Part shown: positions 54,315-54,966 of the stretch, one piece after another
Layout of the letters: the number at the start of each line of letters is the position of its first letter
How positions within the stretch are numbered: the stretch's first letter is position 1
Source of the DNA: a virus
Lineage: Duplodnaviria > Caudoviricetes
Reading direction: 5' to 3' (one strand)
DNA length: 54,966 nucleotides
Virus record (IMG/VR): IMGVR_UViG_3300020156_000036
Span: 1-54,966 of that record
Translations under genes and position numbers: made by a program
Notes under the pieces: model-generated
Seen by the model: only the letters and a program-made list of their open reading frames with translations
What the model was told of the DNA's origin: nothing
The model's database searches: none

Positions 54315-54966
54315 GCCACATTCGCCAAGGTATAGGTTGAGCCAGTGAGCAGAAGCTCGGTGAAGCCCCAGATCATTGAGTCAGCACGGTCCGGAGACTT
54401 ACCGCCCTCATAGCCAGAGCTTGAGAAGTTGCAGAGTTGTTCTTCCAGGTCAGGGAAATAACCGACATGGAAGATTTTTCCGATCGGTTGGTTGTTCACC
54501 GCCTTCATCGGGTCACCGTACAACAGTGCCACAGGCTCAGCTCGTTGAGCCTTGCCGCGAGACGCTGTAATGATCTTTACAGGAGCAGCGGGCCAGTGGG
54601 CTCGAATGGTCGCTTCCACCATTGCGCCACCATAGTTACGTTCAGCGATGATGACGTCTGCGCCGTATTTGTCGTAAAGTTGTTTGGCCTTGATGGCCCA
54701 TTGTTTCGGTGAGTATCGGCCCGAGGCGTCTTCAAGCAGATAACCACGCTTCTGGTGGTCCTTGGCCGTGACGGTAATACCGATTTCATCTGAACGGTAA
54801 TCCTCCTCGCCTTCACAACCGGACGGGTCGATGTTCACCGAGATACGGGCCAGGAATGGCACCTGCTCAATCTTGCGGCGGTGACGATCGATCAGGTCTT
54901 GTGTCCAGAGTGCGTTGTCGACCTGCGCCAGGAACTTACCCTCGAGGAAGCGCTGACGGTCCTTAA
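54311..54966 (-). CDS. terL: Terminase large subunit, C-terminal nuclease part
   Basis: VNIDPS, DEIGI, AERNYGG, SPDRADS; frame open to the window end. Confidence 0.93.
   Translation of the reverse strand, partial: KDRQRFLEGKFLAQVDNALWTQDLIDRHRRKIEQVPFLARISVNIDPSGCEGEEDYRSDEIGITVTAKDHQKRGYLLEDASGRYSPKQWAIKAKQLYDKYGADVIIAERNYGGAMVEATIRAHWPAAPVKIITASRGKAQRAEPVALLYGDPMKAVNNQPIGKIFHVGYFPDLEEQLCNFSSSGYEGGKSPDRADSMIWGFTELLLTGSTYTLANVA

Noticed and set aside
54311-54966. terL as a truncated pseudogene
   Set aside because: The split is due to linearisation; the frame is continuous across the junction.

Overview
The window is an essentially complete, circularly permuted ~55 kb genome of an apparently virulent siphophage. 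The 9-nt GGTCCTTAA at both ends rejoins terL in frame, and I found no integrase. A GcrA-like gene and the promoter style suggest an alphaproteobacterial host, perhaps Caulobacteraceae (inference). Layout: (i) 2340-19633, leftward early genes with many TTTAC(A/G)-N16/17-TAnnnT promoters, DNA ligase and primase-helicase; (ii) 19895-31134, rightward nucleotide-metabolism and replication genes; (iii) 2112 leftward through the junction to 31131, packaging, head, tail and lysis genes. Most notable: (1) a probable cytosine-replacement cluster (SAM methyltransferase, NTP pyrophosphatase, dNMP kinase-UDG fusion, dCMP-type thymidylate-synthase homolog, dCMP deaminase, PolA, ThyX) with no glycosyltransferase; (2) two ~380-410 nt non-coding segments sharing a sequence motif and pseudoknot topology; (3) an 87-bp spaced element in three dispersed copies, one inside the tape-measure gene; (4) a 12-proline peptide heading the late operon; (5) three paralogous winged-helix-like proteins, two with histone-H1-like tails. 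All calls come from motif recognition by eye; no searches were run.
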